DNA of 64,000 nt from Deltaproteobacteria bacterium (GCA_040218735.1 JAVJQW010000063.1:33345-97344); one strand, 5' to 3'. Positions 27,080-37,542 are shown, counted from the stretch's first letter. A program made the numbers and translations. Notes: generated from the sequence alone by a model not told the origin.

Positions 27080-27903
27080 ACGTCCGCGTCACATCGCACC
27101 TCGCCGAGCCGCACGGCCTTCGCGTCCACCGCATGGAGGACGGTCGCATCGACGCCGCGAGCCCACCGACCGTCCACCCACACGCGAGCCTCGCGTTCTA
27201 CGAGCGCGGCCGCGCCGAGCTGTGGTGCGGGGCGACGTACACCGTCGGCCCCGGCGACATCGTGCTCGTACCGGAGGGGGTCCCGCACTACGCGGTGTCG
27301 GCGGAGGCGGTCTCGGGCGTCGGGCTGTCGGCGTGTACGTCTTGCCTCAACGGCACCCCGGTTCGTCACCTCGCGGACGCCTTTCACGCCGTCGCGCAGG
27401 GTGCCCCCGCGGTGCGCGCCGTTCGAGAATCGGATCGCGAGCGCCTCCGCGACGCGTTCGCGGGCCTCGAGGCCGAGCTCTCCGCGAACGCGCCGTGGCA
27501 GTCGCTGGCGGTCGACGGATACCTCGCCGTGCTCACCGCGATCGTGCTCCGCGCCGACGCGACACTCGACGTCCCCGCCGGCGCCACCGTGAGCGCCCGC
27601 GCGCTCGCGTACATCATGCGGCACGCGACCGACGGCATCTCCCTCGCCGACGTCGCCGAGCACGTGCACCGATCCGCCGCGCACACCGGCGCGGTGGTGA
27701 AGGCCGAGACGGGTCGTACGGTCGTCGAGTGGATCACCCACGCGCGGCTCGCGGCCGGGCGTCAACTTCTCTTGCGGAGCGATGCTTCGGTGGAGGGCGT
27801 CGGTGCGCGTATCGGGTTCGAGAGCGCGTCGCACTTCCACCGGGTCTTCAAGCGGCACCACGGCGTCACCCCCGCCGAGTGGCGCCGCGTGCATCAGCGG
27901 TAG
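27076..27903 (+). CDS. AraC family transcriptional regulator (cupin plus HTH)
   Basis: HPH...PGDIVLVPEGVPH cupin; LADVAEHV...GFESASHFHRVFKR.GVTP. GTGA overlap with the upstream gene. Confidence 0.93.
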   Translation: MNVRVTSHLAEPHGLRVHRMEDGRIDAASPPTVHPHASLAFYERGRAELWCGATYTVGPGDIVLVPEGVPHYAVSAEAVSGVGLSACTSCLNGTPVRHLADAFHAVAQGAPAVRAVRESDRERLRDAFAGLEAELSANAPWQSLAVDGYLAVLTAIVLRADATLDVPAGATVSARALAYIMRHATDGISLADVAEHVHRSAAHTGAVVKAETGRTVVEWITHARLAAGRQLLLRSDASVEGVGARIGFESASHFHRVFKRHHGVTPAEWRRVHQR

Positions 27904-28571
27904 CGGTCGTCGTCCCAGGGCAACGCGGTCATGCTGTAGCCGCGTACCTCCCAGAACCCGGGTTGGTCGCCGACCAGCAGCTCGATGCGGTTCACCCACT
28001 TCGCGCCCTTCCACGCGTAGAGCTTCGGCGTCACCACACGCACCGGGCCGCCGTGCGGTCGCGGCAGAGGTTGGCCGTCGACGGTGTGGGCGAGGAGGAC
28101 GTCGTCGTCGATCAGCGCGTCGAGCGAGACGTTCGTGGTGTAGCCGTCGTACGCGTGGAGCATCACGTGCGAGGCGTCGTCGTGCGGGCGCGCCAGCGCG
28201 AGGGCGTCGCGCACGCGCACGCCGCGGAACGCGAGGTCCATCTTGCTCCACGTGGTGACGCAGTGGAAATCACTCGGCTCGTCGACCTGCGGGAGCGCCA
28301 TGAACGCGGACCAGTCGAGTGTGACCCGCTCCTCGACCGCGCCGTCGATCGTGAGCTGCCAGTCCTTGGGATCCACGATCGGGTGGCGCCCCAGATCCAA
28401 CACCGGCCACTTGTCGACGGCGTGCTGTCCGGTGGGGAGCTTCGGCATCCCGTGGCGGTTCTCGGGCCCCGAGCCCCGCGCCCGATCCGTAGGGGTGGTC
28501 GGTGCGCGTCCCGCCAGATGCCGCTCGCGCAGCTTCATCCGCGCGGCGACGATCCGGTCCTCGTCGCTCAT
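27894..28571 (-). CDS. Molybdopterin-dependent sulfite oxidase-like oxidoreductase (YuiH-like)
   Basis: LPTGQH..KWPVL, DFHCVTTWS, HGGPVRVV.P.LYAWKGAKW and GFWEVRGY. Confidence 0.9.
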   Translation of the reverse strand: MSDEDRIVAARMKLRERHLAGRAPTTPTDRARGSGPENRHGMPKLPTGQHAVDKWPVLDLGRHPIVDPKDWQLTIDGAVEERVTLDWSAFMALPQVDEPSDFHCVTTWSKMDLAFRGVRVRDALALARPHDDASHVMLHAYDGYTTNVSLDALIDDDVLLAHTVDGQPLPRPHGGPVRVVTPKLYAWKGAKWVNRIELLVGDQPGFWEVRGYSMTALPWDDDRYR

Positions 28572-29032
28572 GGTTTGGGGGTGACGGCGAGGAAGACGGC
28601 GTCGGCGTTCTTGCCCTTCACGGCGACGAGGAAGGTGCCGCCTTTTCTGTGCTCGGTCTCGGCGCTGAAGGGGATCGACGGTAACGCGATCTTCAACCGC
28701 GTCACCTCCTTCTTCTTCTCGAGCACCGTGACCTTGAGCATCTGGCGCTTCTTCTTCTCGTTGGGTTTGGAGCGGAACTCCACCGACACCGAGGCTTCGT
28801 TCTCGACGCTCGCGGTGATGCGATCCGACACGCGGATCGCGGTGAAGCCGAAGCTCTCGAGCTCCTTGACGACCTTCGCCGAGACGCCCTTGGGCGCCGG
28901 CGACTTGCCGGTCTTGCTCGCCTCGATGACGACGACCTCGAGCTCGACTTTACCGGCGGCGTGGGCGTTCGATTCCGCGGCCACCGTGGTGAGTGCGACG
29001 AGCGCGACCGGCGCGAGTGTTCCGAGGTGCAT
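28568..29032 (-). CDS. Hypothetical exported protein (third gene of the ECF cluster)
   Basis: Signal-peptide-like N-terminus and a good RBS (AAGGAAAGG). Confidence 0.7.
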   Translation of the reverse strand: MHLGTLAPVALVALTTVAAESNAHAAGKVELEVVVIEASKTGKSPAPKGVSAKVVKELESFGFTAIRVSDRITASVENEASVSVEFRSKPNEKKKRQMLKVTVLEKKKEVTRLKIALPSIPFSAETEHRKGGTFLVAVKGKNADAVFLAVTPKP

Positions 29033-29098
29033 GGCCTTTCCTTACCTCGAAACCACCCGTGCGTCGCGCCGGGTTCCTCCTCAGGGGACCCCGGTGCG

Positions 29099-29653
29099 TC
29101 AGCTACTGGCGTCGTCCGACAGCCAGACCACGGTCACGCCGTCGTTCGGCATCACCGTCACGGTGCCTTCGAAGCTCAGTGATTTGACGCTGACCTCGCC
29201 CGTAATGTTCTCCGCAATCTGCGTCCCGGGCTCGGTCGGCATTCCCGTGATCGTCACGATCGCCAACGCCGCGGCCATCGCCCCGGCCCAGCCGACGCTC
29301 CAGCCCACGCGCTCGCCGAACGCGCGGTCGAAGAAGCCGCGGACGCGGTCCATCACGGTCGGCTCGCGGGCGGCGTTCCAGATGCGCTGCTCGACGCCTT
29401 CCTTGAAGCCCTCCTCGAAGCGCGGCGCGAGGTCCGCCAGCTCGCCGGCGACCTCCTGGCGGAACAGGTCGATCGCCTGGTCCTCCATCGGCATCCGCGC
29501 GACGCCGAGGTCCTCTTCGTCGATCCGCGCGAACACCGCGGATGTGAAGGCGTTCCACTCCCCTTCGCGCTGCGCGATCTCCTGCGCGGCGTCCTCCGTG
29601 AGGAGCTCTTCGACGGAGGCTTCGATGTACTTGTCGTCCTGACGCTTCGTCAC
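29099..29653 (-). CDS. Putative membrane anti-sigma factor
   Basis: Lies directly downstream of the ECF sigma. Acidic N-domain, one TM, and a short C-terminal VKSLSFEG..TVVWLSD domain. Confidence 0.6.
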   Translation of the reverse strand: MTKRQDDKYIEASVEELLTEDAAQEIAQREGEWNAFTSAVFARIDEEDLGVARMPMEDQAIDLFRQEVAGELADLAPRFEEGFKEGVEQRIWNAAREPTVMDRVRGFFDRAFGERVGWSVGWAGAMAAALAIVTITGMPTEPGTQIAENITGEVSVKSLSFEGTVTVMPNDGVTVVWLSDDASS

Positions 29654-29663
29654 TTCGTCCTCC

Positions 29664-30326
29664 TCACGCCGTCCTGAGCGCGAGCTTCAAGCTCTGCGGC
29701 ACGTCTTCGCCCTTCTTCACGTAGGGGGCGAGGAGGGTTTGCAGGTTCTGTCGGGCGTGAAAGAGGCGGCTCATCACCGTCCCCTTCGAGATGCCGAGCA
29801 CCTCCGCCATCTCTTCGTACGACAAGCCCTGGATCTCGCGGAGCACGATGATCGCGCGGTGTTTGTCGGAGAGCTTGCGCATCGCGGTCTGCAGCACCGT
29901 CGACAGCTCGCGCCGCGCCGCCATCTCGTCCGGGTGCTCGAGCGGCCGACGACCGGCCTTCGCGAGCGCCTCCTCGAGCTTGCGGTTCTCGTCGATGTCC
30001 ACCGTCTCGCGGCGGGCCCGATCGCGGAGCGCGTCGATGCTGAGGTTGTAGGCGATGCGGTAGAGCCACGTGTAGAAGGCGGAGTTGCCCTCGAAGCGGC
30101 CCAGGTTGCGGTAGGCCTTCACGAAGGCCTCCTGCGCGACGTCCCACGCGTCTTCGCGCTGACGTACGATGCCGTAGGAGAGGGCGTAGACTCGCTGCTG
30201 ATAGCGCTCGACCAGTCGGCCGAAGGCCTGGCGGTCGCCCTTCTTGGCTTGGGCTACGAGCTCGCGATCGATCGCGTTCTCGCGGGCCCGGGTCTCTTTG
30301 CTCTGTCGTGAATCTCGGTTGCTCAT
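29664..30326 (-). CDS. ECF RNA polymerase sigma-70 factor (RpoE-like)
   Basis: DRELV...GDRQAFGRLVERYQ, DVAQEAFVKAY, FYTWLYRIAYN and GLSYEEMAEVLGISKGTVMSRLFHAR. Confidence 0.95.
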   Translation of the reverse strand: MSNRDSRQSKETRARENAIDRELVAQAKKGDRQAFGRLVERYQQRVYALSYGIVRQREDAWDVAQEAFVKAYRNLGRFEGNSAFYTWLYRIAYNLSIDALRDRARRETVDIDENRKLEEALAKAGRRPLEHPDEMAARRELSTVLQTAMRKLSDKHRAIIVLREIQGLSYEEMAEVLGISKGTVMSRLFHARQNLQTLLAPYVKKGEDVPQSLKLALRTA

Positions 30327-30353
30327 GAAGGTTTCGTCCTGCTCGTTGATAGG

Positions 30354-30378
30354 GACGATCGAATCGGCAAAAAGATTT
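30354..30378 (-). promoter_or_regulatory. Possible ECF-type autoregulatory promoter (AAATC-N16-CGTC)
   Basis: The minus strand reads AAATC tttttgccgattcgat CGTC about 28 nt upstream of the sigma ATG. Confidence 0.3.
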
Positions 30379-30543
30379 GATTCAGCCTTCATTTCGGGGG
30401 GTTGCGTGATCGCGCTCTCACCTACGTTGTACCCCGGGGACCGCGGATGCAAGCCCGCGGTGCCCCCGATCCTCTCGGAAGACCCAAAAGCGCTCATGCG
30501 TTGATGCGATTCAGGCCGAAGGCGGGAACACAGGCGCTCACGA

Positions 30544-33500
30544 ATGGTATCTTTCGACGACGTGCCCCACGACGGGTCCAGCTCGGGCGCTCGCGCCCTG
30601 TTCGACCGGCTCGACCGGGTGCGAGCGGCCCTCCGCCGGGCCGCCCTCGTGGAAGCCGTGGTGGTGCTCGTCACCGGCGCGGTGTTCGCGGTCGGGGTCG
30701 GCGCGGTCCTGTCCGCGCTGTCCGTGTCGCCCACCGGGACCGCGCTCGCCGAGATCTTGGTGCTCCTGGGGACCCTGATCTTCGTCGGCATCAGGTATGG
30801 GCCGCTCGTCTTTGCGTACCTGAACAGCGACGAGGGAGTGGCCGCCTACGTCGACGAGGCCTCGGCGGCCGCCGGCGATCCCCTCCAGCTCCTCTCCGCC
30901 GTGGAGCTCGCCCGCGACCGCGGCAAGTTCGGCCAGAGCGAGCTGCTCGCGGATCTCGCCGTCTCGGACGCGGCCGAGATCGCCGAGGCCGTCGACGTCT
31001 CGGCGCTCATCCGGCGCACCACCCGCCGCTCGCTGAAGCGGACGCTCCTCCCGCTCGTCGCCGCCGCCGGGCTGATCGCCGGGTTCGCGCTCCTCGCGCC
31101 GCGCTTCATCGCGTCGGCGTTCGAGGCCCCCCTCGCGATGGGCACCCTCGACGAAGCCCTCCGGCGCGTCCCCCCCGAGCCGCGCCTCGGCGACATCCGC
31201 CTGTCCTACCGCTTCCCCGCGTACGCCAACCGCGCGCCGCGCACGGTGGAGAGCCCCAGCGGCCGCATCTACGCGCTCGCCGGGACCGAGGTCGTCATCG
31301 AGACCTCCGCGCGCCGCTCCGTGCGGGAAGCCGCGCTGCTGTTGAGCCACGGGGACCAGGTCGACGAGGAGGCGCAACAGATCGCCGTCGAGGTGAGCGG
31401 GCGGCAGCTCCGCGCGACCGTCGTGTTGTCGCGCTCGGGCCGGTACCGCTTCCGCGTCGTCGACGTCGACGGCGAGCTGATGGAGGAGCGCCGCGGTCAC
31501 GAGATCGAGCTGGAGGTCGACGAGGCCCCCGCGGTCACGCTCGACGCGCCGGTGGAGTCGCCGCTGGAGGTCAACGAGCGCGACCGGCTGACGCTCGAGT
31601 TCTCCGCGAAGGACGACTTCCTCCTCGGCGAGACCTTCGTGGTGTGGCGCGTGCTGCAGACCTCGCGCGAGGGGCGCGTGCGGCTCACCTCCGCGACCAA
31701 CGGCGAGCGTCGCTACCGCGGGCAGGCCGAGCTGGACCTCGCCACGTTGCAGCTGCAGCCCGGGGACCGCGTCGCGTACAGCGTCGAGGTCCGCGACAAC
31801 GACACCGTCAACGGACCGAAGGCCGGCGCGAGTGAGACCAAGGAGCTGCGCGTCTACTCGAAGAAGGCGCACCACGCGCAGGTGCTCGCGCTCGAGGAGC
31901 AGTCGCTCGACGAGCTGGTGCACATCCTCGGTGACAACCTGGAGCGTGCGTTCGCGCTCGCCGACGACGCCGCGAAGTACAAGGCGCTGCTGGAGAGCTC
32001 GAACAAGATCGTCGAGCGTGCGATGGCGGCGGACGATCTACTCAAGCGAACGGTCGCCGCGATCCGCAAGGATCCGATGGGGCGGCCGCAGGTCGCGGAC
32101 GCCTTCGAGCAGGCGCGCCGCGAGCTGAACAAGGCGACGTCGCGGAAACGTCGGGCGGTGCGGAACGCAAAGCGCAGCTTCGAGCGGCACGAGCGCCCCG
32201 ACAAACGCACGGGCCGCGCGGTGACGCGGTCGCAGGACAAGATGGTGACGACGCTCGAGAAGAACGTCGTGTACCTCGCGGACCTGCTGAACGATCAGCG
32301 CCTGATCGACGCCGAGGCGCTGGCGAAGGAGCTGCGCGAGCAGCAGCAGGCGCTCCGGCAGGCGTTGGAGGACTTCAAGAACGCGCCGACGGAGGACAAG
32401 CGGGCGCTGATCTCGGAGTCGATCAAGGCGATCCGCTCGCGCATCCAGGAGATCATGAAGGAGCTCGCGAAGCTGAAGAGCTCGATCCCGCAGGACTTCG
32501 TGAACCAGGACGCGCTCGACGCGAACGACAGCCAGGAGAAGCTCGACGAGATGCAGCGGATGCTCGAGCAGGGTGATCTCGACGCCGCGATGCAGGCGCT
32601 CGACCGGATGCTCAACCAGACGGAGAAGATGCTCTCCGAGCTGCAGGGCGGGCGCGAGGAGCTGCAGTCGCGCGAGTACTCCGAGATCACGCAGACCGCG
32701 AACCGGCTCTGGAAGAACCTCGAAGAGGTCGCCGAGGAGGAGCGTGAGCTCGCGAAGAAGACCGAACAGCTGTCGAAGAACGTTCTGGATCGCATGCGGT
32801 CGCGGCTCGGGGATCCGAAGGCGTTCATCGAGAAGCAGAAGAAGCGGCTGCAGATGGCGGCGAAGTCGATGGAGAAGGTGCGGCCCGAAAAACACATGCC
32901 GGACTACGATCTCTTCGAGCTGACCGAGCGTCGCCTGGAGGACGGCCTGCGTGCGTTGGAGGCGCAGGACTTCGGCGCGGGCAAAGAAGTGCTCGACAAG
33001 GCCGCGCAGCAGATGGCGCAGCTCGAACGCGACGCCGCGCGGCGCGTCGACAGCGCGCGGCGCTACGGGGATGTCTTCGGGATGAGCGAGGAGGCCGAGC
33101 GCACGGAGCGTGCGTTGCGGCGCGCGCGTCCGGCGGTGGACGCGGTGCTCGAGGACATCGAGTCGTTGATGCCTTCGCCGGAGTCGCTCCTCTCCGAGGG
33201 TGAGAAGTCGATGCTGTCGAAGCTGCAGAAGAAGCAGAACCAGCTCGAGAAGCGCACGCAGCAGATCGGCCAGGACCTCGACAAACTCGGGCAGCAGCTC
33301 CCGATCGTCGGCCCCGAGGTGCAGCAGATGATCGGCGACGCCGCCCAGTCGATGCAGGAGGCCGGGCAGAGCATGCAGCAAGGCGACGCGCCGTCCGCGC
33401 TGAGCCAGGAGCGCAACGCGCTCGACAAGCTCCAGCAGCTCCGTCAGGAGCTCGAGAAGATGGGCAACCAGGGCGGCGGCGGCGGTGGCGGCGGAGTGCC

Positions 33501-33708
33501 GCTCCCGTTCGGGCAGCAGCCCTCCGGCGGTCCCGAGGGTGACGGTAACGGGCACGACCCGCGCGACAACAAGGTCGAGATTCCGAAGCCGGAGCAGTAC
33601 AAGGCCCCGGCCGAGTTCCGGGAGGACATCCTGGAGGCGGCGAAGCAGGGCACGGTGGAGCAGTACAAGGACGCGGTGCGCCGCTACTACGAGGAGCTGG
33701 TGAAGTGA
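30544..33708 (+). CDS. DUF4175-like membrane protein (TM, Ig-like, long coiled coil)
   Basis: N-terminal TMs, YRFPAY, D-x-AP-V, AKDDF, L-QPGD...DND and a Q-rich coiled coil; ends YKDAVRRYYEEL. Confidence 0.8.
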   Translation: MVSFDDVPHDGSSSGARALFDRLDRVRAALRRAALVEAVVVLVTGAVFAVGVGAVLSALSVSPTGTALAEILVLLGTLIFVGIRYGPLVFAYLNSDEGVAAYVDEASAAAGDPLQLLSAVELARDRGKFGQSELLADLAVSDAAEIAEAVDVSALIRRTTRRSLKRTLLPLVAAAGLIAGFALLAPRFIASAFEAPLAMGTLDEALRRVPPEPRLGDIRLSYRFPAYANRAPRTVESPSGRIYALAGTEVVIETSARRSVREAALLLSHGDQVDEEAQQIAVEVSGRQLRATVVLSRSGRYRFRVVDVDGELMEERRGHEIELEVDEAPAVTLDAPVESPLEVNERDRLTLEFSAKDDFLLGETFVVWRVLQTSREGRVRLTSATNGERRYRGQAELDLATLQLQPGDRVAYSVEVRDNDTVNGPKAGASETKELRVYSKKAHHAQVLALEEQSLDELVHILGDNLERAFALADDAAKYKALLESSNKIVERAMAADDLLKRTVAAIRKDPMGRPQVADAFEQARRELNKATSRKRRAVRNAKRSFERHERPDKRTGRAVTRSQDKMVTTLEKNVVYLADLLNDQRLIDAEALAKELREQQQALRQALEDFKNAPTEDKRALISESIKAIRSRIQEIMKELAKLKSSIPQDFVNQDALDANDSQEKLDEMQRMLEQGDLDAAMQALDRMLNQTEKMLSELQGGREELQSREYSEITQTANRLWKNLEEVAEEERELAKKTEQLSKNVLDRMRSRLGDPKAFIEKQKKRLQMAAKSMEKVRPEKHMPDYDLFELTERRLEDGLRALEAQDFGAGKEVLDKAAQQMAQLERDAARRVDSARRYGDVFGMSEEAERTERALRRARPAVDAVLEDIESLMPSPESLLSEGEKSMLSKLQKKQNQLEKRTQQIGQDLDKLGQQLPIVGPEVQQMIGDAAQSMQEAGQSMQQGDAPSALSQERNALDKLQQLRQELEKMGNQGGGGGGGGVPLPFGQQPSGGPEGDGNGHDPRDNKVEIPKPEQYKAPAEFREDILEAAKQGTVEQYKDAVRRYYEELVK

Positions 33709-35537
33709 GGATCTTCTTCGCGCTCCTCCTCGTCCTGGCGATGCCCAGGGTGGCGTTCGCCGACGACGTGGATCTGAAGTCCGCGAAGGACGTGCTCGAC
33801 GGCTTCCGTCTCGTCGAGGCGTGGCGTATCGACGAGGCACGTGAGATCGCGGAGCGGCTCCTGAAGAAGAAGCCGGACGACGCCATGACGCTCGCGCTCG
33901 TCGGCGAGGTGAAGATGCACCTCGGCGACTACGCGGGTGCGGTGCACGCGTTCCGGGAGGCGCGTCGAAACGGTGCGCCGGAGGCGGCGCTCGGGAGCGA
34001 GGTCGCGGCGGAGGCGGCGCGCGTCGCGACGCAGGGCTACGTCGAACACATCTCGGACAGCTTCATCATTCGGCACCCGCCGGGGAAGGACGCGGTGCTC
34101 GTACCGTTCGCGGTGGAGACGCTCGAGGCCGCGATGGATCGCATCGGCGGGTTGCTCGGGTGGCGGCCGAAGTCGCGGATCATCGTGGATGTCTACCCGA
34201 CCGCGGCGACGCTCGCGGCGGTGTCGTCGTTGACGAAGGAGGACATCGAGAACTCCGGGACGATCGCGCTGTGTCGGTGGAACCGTTTGATGGTCACGAC
34301 GCCGCGCGCGGTGGTGTTCGGTTACTCGTGGCGTGACACGGTGGCGCACGAGCTCGCGCACCTGATCATCGGGGGGGCGTCGAAGAACACCGTGCCGATC
34401 TGGTTGCACGAGGGCATCGCGAAGTTCTCGGAGACCGCGTGGCGCGGGGAGCCGGGGCTGGGCATCACGGTCGATCAGCAAGTTCGCTTGCGCGAGGCCG
34501 CGAAGAAGAAGGAGCTGATCCCCTTCGCGAAGATGCACCCGTCGATGGCGAAGCTCCCCACGCAAGAGGCGACGAGCCTCGCGTTCTCGGAGGTCTTCAC
34601 GTTCATCGAGTTCCTCGTGGAGCAAAAGGGCTGGGCCGGGATGCGTCGCACGCTGACGCTGATGTCCGGCGGCATGACGGACGCCGAGGCGATCGAGGAG
34701 GTGCACGGCAAGTCCCTCGCGAAGATGGAGCGGCTCTGGAAGAAGGCCCTCCTGACGCGCTCGATCAAGAACGACAAGACCGGCCGCCCGGTGAAGGGTG
34801 ACAAGAAGATCGTCCTGAAGGATCGCGCCGAGACCCCGGACGACAAACTGCACGGGCTCTCGAAGGAGGGCCGCCGTTTCGCGCGCGCCGCGGATCTGTT
34901 GTTCGCGCGCGGTCGTGTGAAGGCGGCGCAGCGTGAGCTGGAGAAGGCGTTCGACGCCACGCAGTCGCCGCTGATCTCCGCGAAGCTGGCGATGGTCGCG
35001 TTGGCGAACGGCGACCTCGACCGCGCCGAGAAGGCGGCGCGCGCGGCGATGGACGGCACCGCCGATCTCGCGGGCCCGAACGTCACGCTCGCCGAGGTTT
35101 TCGTGCGCGCCGGGAACCCGTCAGAGGCGCGGCTGCCGCTCGCGCGGGCGATCGACATCAACCCGTTCGACCCGCGCATCCACCGGCTGACGCTCGCGAT
35201 CGAAGGCGGCGAGGGCGGTGACCCCGACAAGGTCGCGCACGCGAAGCTCGCGCTCGCGTACTATGAGGGCGGCAAGCCGTCGCTCCCCACGTTGGGGCAG
35301 GGCGGGCTGATCGAGGTCGAGGGCGCGCCGTTCTCGCGGGTGTTCCTGGAGCGCGACGGCAAGCAGATCGCGACGAGCCTCGTCACGCCGACGCCCCCCA
35401 TCGCGCTGTTGCCCGGCGCCTACGAGTTGGTTCTCGTACCGCCCACCGGGCCGGTGCAGCGCCAATCGATCGAAGTCCTGCCGGCGCCGAACGACGGCAC
35501 GCCGCAGGAGATCCTCACGACCGCCACCGGAAGCTGA
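33705..35537 (+). CDS. Exported TPR plus clan MA (gluzincin) metallopeptidase-like protein
   Basis: Signal peptide; TVAHELAH...VPIWLHEGIA, with TPR-like helices on both sides. Confidence 0.85.
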   Translation: MRIFFALLLVLAMPRVAFADDVDLKSAKDVLDGFRLVEAWRIDEAREIAERLLKKKPDDAMTLALVGEVKMHLGDYAGAVHAFREARRNGAPEAALGSEVAAEAARVATQGYVEHISDSFIIRHPPGKDAVLVPFAVETLEAAMDRIGGLLGWRPKSRIIVDVYPTAATLAAVSSLTKEDIENSGTIALCRWNRLMVTTPRAVVFGYSWRDTVAHELAHLIIGGASKNTVPIWLHEGIAKFSETAWRGEPGLGITVDQQVRLREAAKKKELIPFAKMHPSMAKLPTQEATSLAFSEVFTFIEFLVEQKGWAGMRRTLTLMSGGMTDAEAIEEVHGKSLAKMERLWKKALLTRSIKNDKTGRPVKGDKKIVLKDRAETPDDKLHGLSKEGRRFARAADLLFARGRVKAAQRELEKAFDATQSPLISAKLAMVALANGDLDRAEKAARAAMDGTADLAGPNVTLAEVFVRAGNPSEARLPLARAIDINPFDPRIHRLTLAIEGGEGGDPDKVAHAKLALAYYEGGKPSLPTLGQGGLIEVEGAPFSRVFLERDGKQIATSLVTPTPPIALLPGAYELVLVPPTGPVQRQSIEVLPAPNDGTPQEILTTATGS

Positions 35538-36602
35538 ATGAACGACATGAACGAGGACCTGACGCTCGAACACCCCACCGCCCCGGACTCCGCGGGGCCC
35601 ACGGACGAACAACTCGTCGCCGAGCTCGCGGAGGCCGTGAAGGCGGCCAAGGCCGGCATCGGCCAGCGCATCATCGGCCAGCACGACGTGATCGAGCACT
35701 TGCTGATCGCGCTGTTCTCGAACGGCCACGCGCTGTTCGTCGGCGTGCCCGGGCTCGCGAAGACGCTGCTGATCCAGACGCTCGCGCAGGTGCTGGACCT
35801 GTCGTTCAACCGGATCCAGTTCACGCCGGACCTGATGCCTTCGGACGTCACGGGCACCGACGTGTTGGAGCAGGATCAAGGGACCGGGCGGCGCTCGTTC
35901 CGCTTCGTGAAGGGGCCGATCTTCACGAACCTGCTGCTCGCGGACGAGATCAACCGCACACCGCCGAAGACGCAAGCTGCCTTGCTCCAGGCGATGCAGG
36001 AGCACCAGGTCACCGCGTCGGGCGCGACGCACGAGATGCCGGCGCCGTTCCACGTGTTCGCGACGCAGAACCCGATCGAGCAAGAGGGGACGTACCCGCT
36101 CCCTGAGGCGCAGCTCGATCGCTTCATGTTCATGCTCGACGTGCAGTATCCGGAGGAGGCCGAGGAGGTGGAGATCGTTCGCTCCACGACGGGCGAGGCG
36201 CGCCCGCCGCTGCCGAAGGTGCTCTCGCCGGAGCGCATCCTCGCGCTGCAGGCGTTGGTGCGTCGGGTGCCGGCGCCGGAGAACGTCGTTCGCCACGCGG
36301 TCGCGCTGGTGCGTGCGACGCGCCCCGACAACGCTTCCGAGCAGCTCTCGGGGGCGGCGATCCAGCGGATGAAGGAGTTCGTCGCGTTCGGCGCGGGACC
36401 GCGTGCTTCGCAGTACCTCGTGCTCGGCGCGAAGGCGCGCGCCGCAATGCACGGGCGGCCGGCGGCGACCGTCGAGGACGTCCGCGCGATCGCCGTGCCG
36501 GTGCTCGCGCACCGCATCGTGACGAACTTCCACGCGGAGGCGTCGGGCGTGCGTTCGGCGGACCTCGTCCGCACCGTCCTGGAGTCCGTGAAGGGGTCCT
36601 AG
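35538..36602 (+). CDS. moxR: MoxR-proper AAA+ ATPase
   Basis: GVPGLAKT, RIQFTPDLMPSD, LLADEINRTPPKTQAALL and ATQNPIEQEGTYPLPEAQLDRF. Confidence 0.95.
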   Translation: MNDMNEDLTLEHPTAPDSAGPTDEQLVAELAEAVKAAKAGIGQRIIGQHDVIEHLLIALFSNGHALFVGVPGLAKTLLIQTLAQVLDLSFNRIQFTPDLMPSDVTGTDVLEQDQGTGRRSFRFVKGPIFTNLLLADEINRTPPKTQAALLQAMQEHQVTASGATHEMPAPFHVFATQNPIEQEGTYPLPEAQLDRFMFMLDVQYPEEAEEVEIVRSTTGEARPPLPKVLSPERILALQALVRRVPAPENVVRHAVALVRATRPDNASEQLSGAAIQRMKEFVAFGAGPRASQYLVLGAKARAAMHGRPAATVEDVRAIAVPVLAHRIVTNFHAEASGVRSADLVRTVLESVKGS

Positions 36603-36603
36603 T

Positions 36604-37542
36604 TTGGCGACCCGCGGCGCACAGCCGGAGCCCGAGCGGAAGCCGGGTGAGATCGAGCCGTCCGTCCTCGCGGACATCGGCAACCTCACGTTGCGCGCGC
36701 GTGTCGTCGCCGACAGCGCGCTCGCCGGGATGCACCGTTCGCGGCACCACGGCACGAGCGTCGAGTTCGCGGAGCACAAGGAGTACTCGCCGGGCGACAA
36801 CGTTCGGCACCTCGACTGGCGCGCGTTCGCGCGGTTCGACCGCGACTACATCAAACGCTTCGAGGACGAAGCGAACTTGCGCGCGCTGTGCGTCGTCGAT
36901 TCGTCGGGGTCGATGGGTTATCCGCAGGAGGCCGAGCGCCTGAACAAACTCGCGTACGCGACCACTTGCGCCGGCGCGCTCGCGTACGTGCTCGCGCGCC
37001 AGGGCGACGCCGTCGGGCTCGCGACGTTCGCCGACAAACTCGACATCCGCGTCCCGTCGCGGGCGCGGCGCGGGCACCTGCAAGAGATCTTGTCGGTGCT
37101 GGAGGCGCTGAAACCCGACGGGCCGTCGCGGTTGAAGGTCGCGCTCGACGCGTTGTCGGAGGGCCTCACGCGCCGGTCGATCGTGGTGATCTTCTCGGAC
37201 CTCCTCGACGGCGGGCTCGACGCCCTCGAAGCCATCGCGCGGCTGCGCGCGCGCAAACACGACGTCGCGTTGTTCCACACGCTCGACCCCGACGAGCTGG
37301 AGTTCCCGTTCGAGGACAGCACGCTGTTCGTTTCGATGGAGGACGATCGCAACGTGCAGATCGACGCGCGTGCGATCCGTGACGCGTACCTCGAAGAGGT
37401 GAAGAAGTTCATCGAGACCGCGGAGTCGCGCTGCCGCTCGTCGCGGGTGGAGTACCACCTCACCCGAACGGACCGCGCCCCCGGGAAGATGCTCGCGGAG
37501 TTCCTCTCGCGGCGCACGTCGATGCGGAGCCTGGCGCGGTGA
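36604..37542 (+). CDS. DUF58 vWA-domain protein
   Basis: GMHRS...GTSVEFAEHKEYSPGD..RHLDW and DSSGSM. Confidence 0.93.
   Translation: MATRGAQPEPERKPGEIEPSVLADIGNLTLRARVVADSALAGMHRSRHHGTSVEFAEHKEYSPGDNVRHLDWRAFARFDRDYIKRFEDEANLRALCVVDSSGSMGYPQEAERLNKLAYATTCAGALAYVLARQGDAVGLATFADKLDIRVPSRARRGHLQEILSVLEALKPDGPSRLKVALDALSEGLTRRSIVVIFSDLLDGGLDALEAIARLRARKHDVALFHTLDPDELEFPFEDSTLFVSMEDDRNVQIDARAIRDAYLEEVKKFIETAESRCRSSRVEYHLTRTDRAPGKMLAEFLSRRTSMRSLAR

Noticed and set aside
29069-29094. GC hairpin between the anti-sigma gene and the next gene as a terminator
   Set aside because: There is no U-tract on either side and it sits inside an apparent operon. At most it is a stability element.
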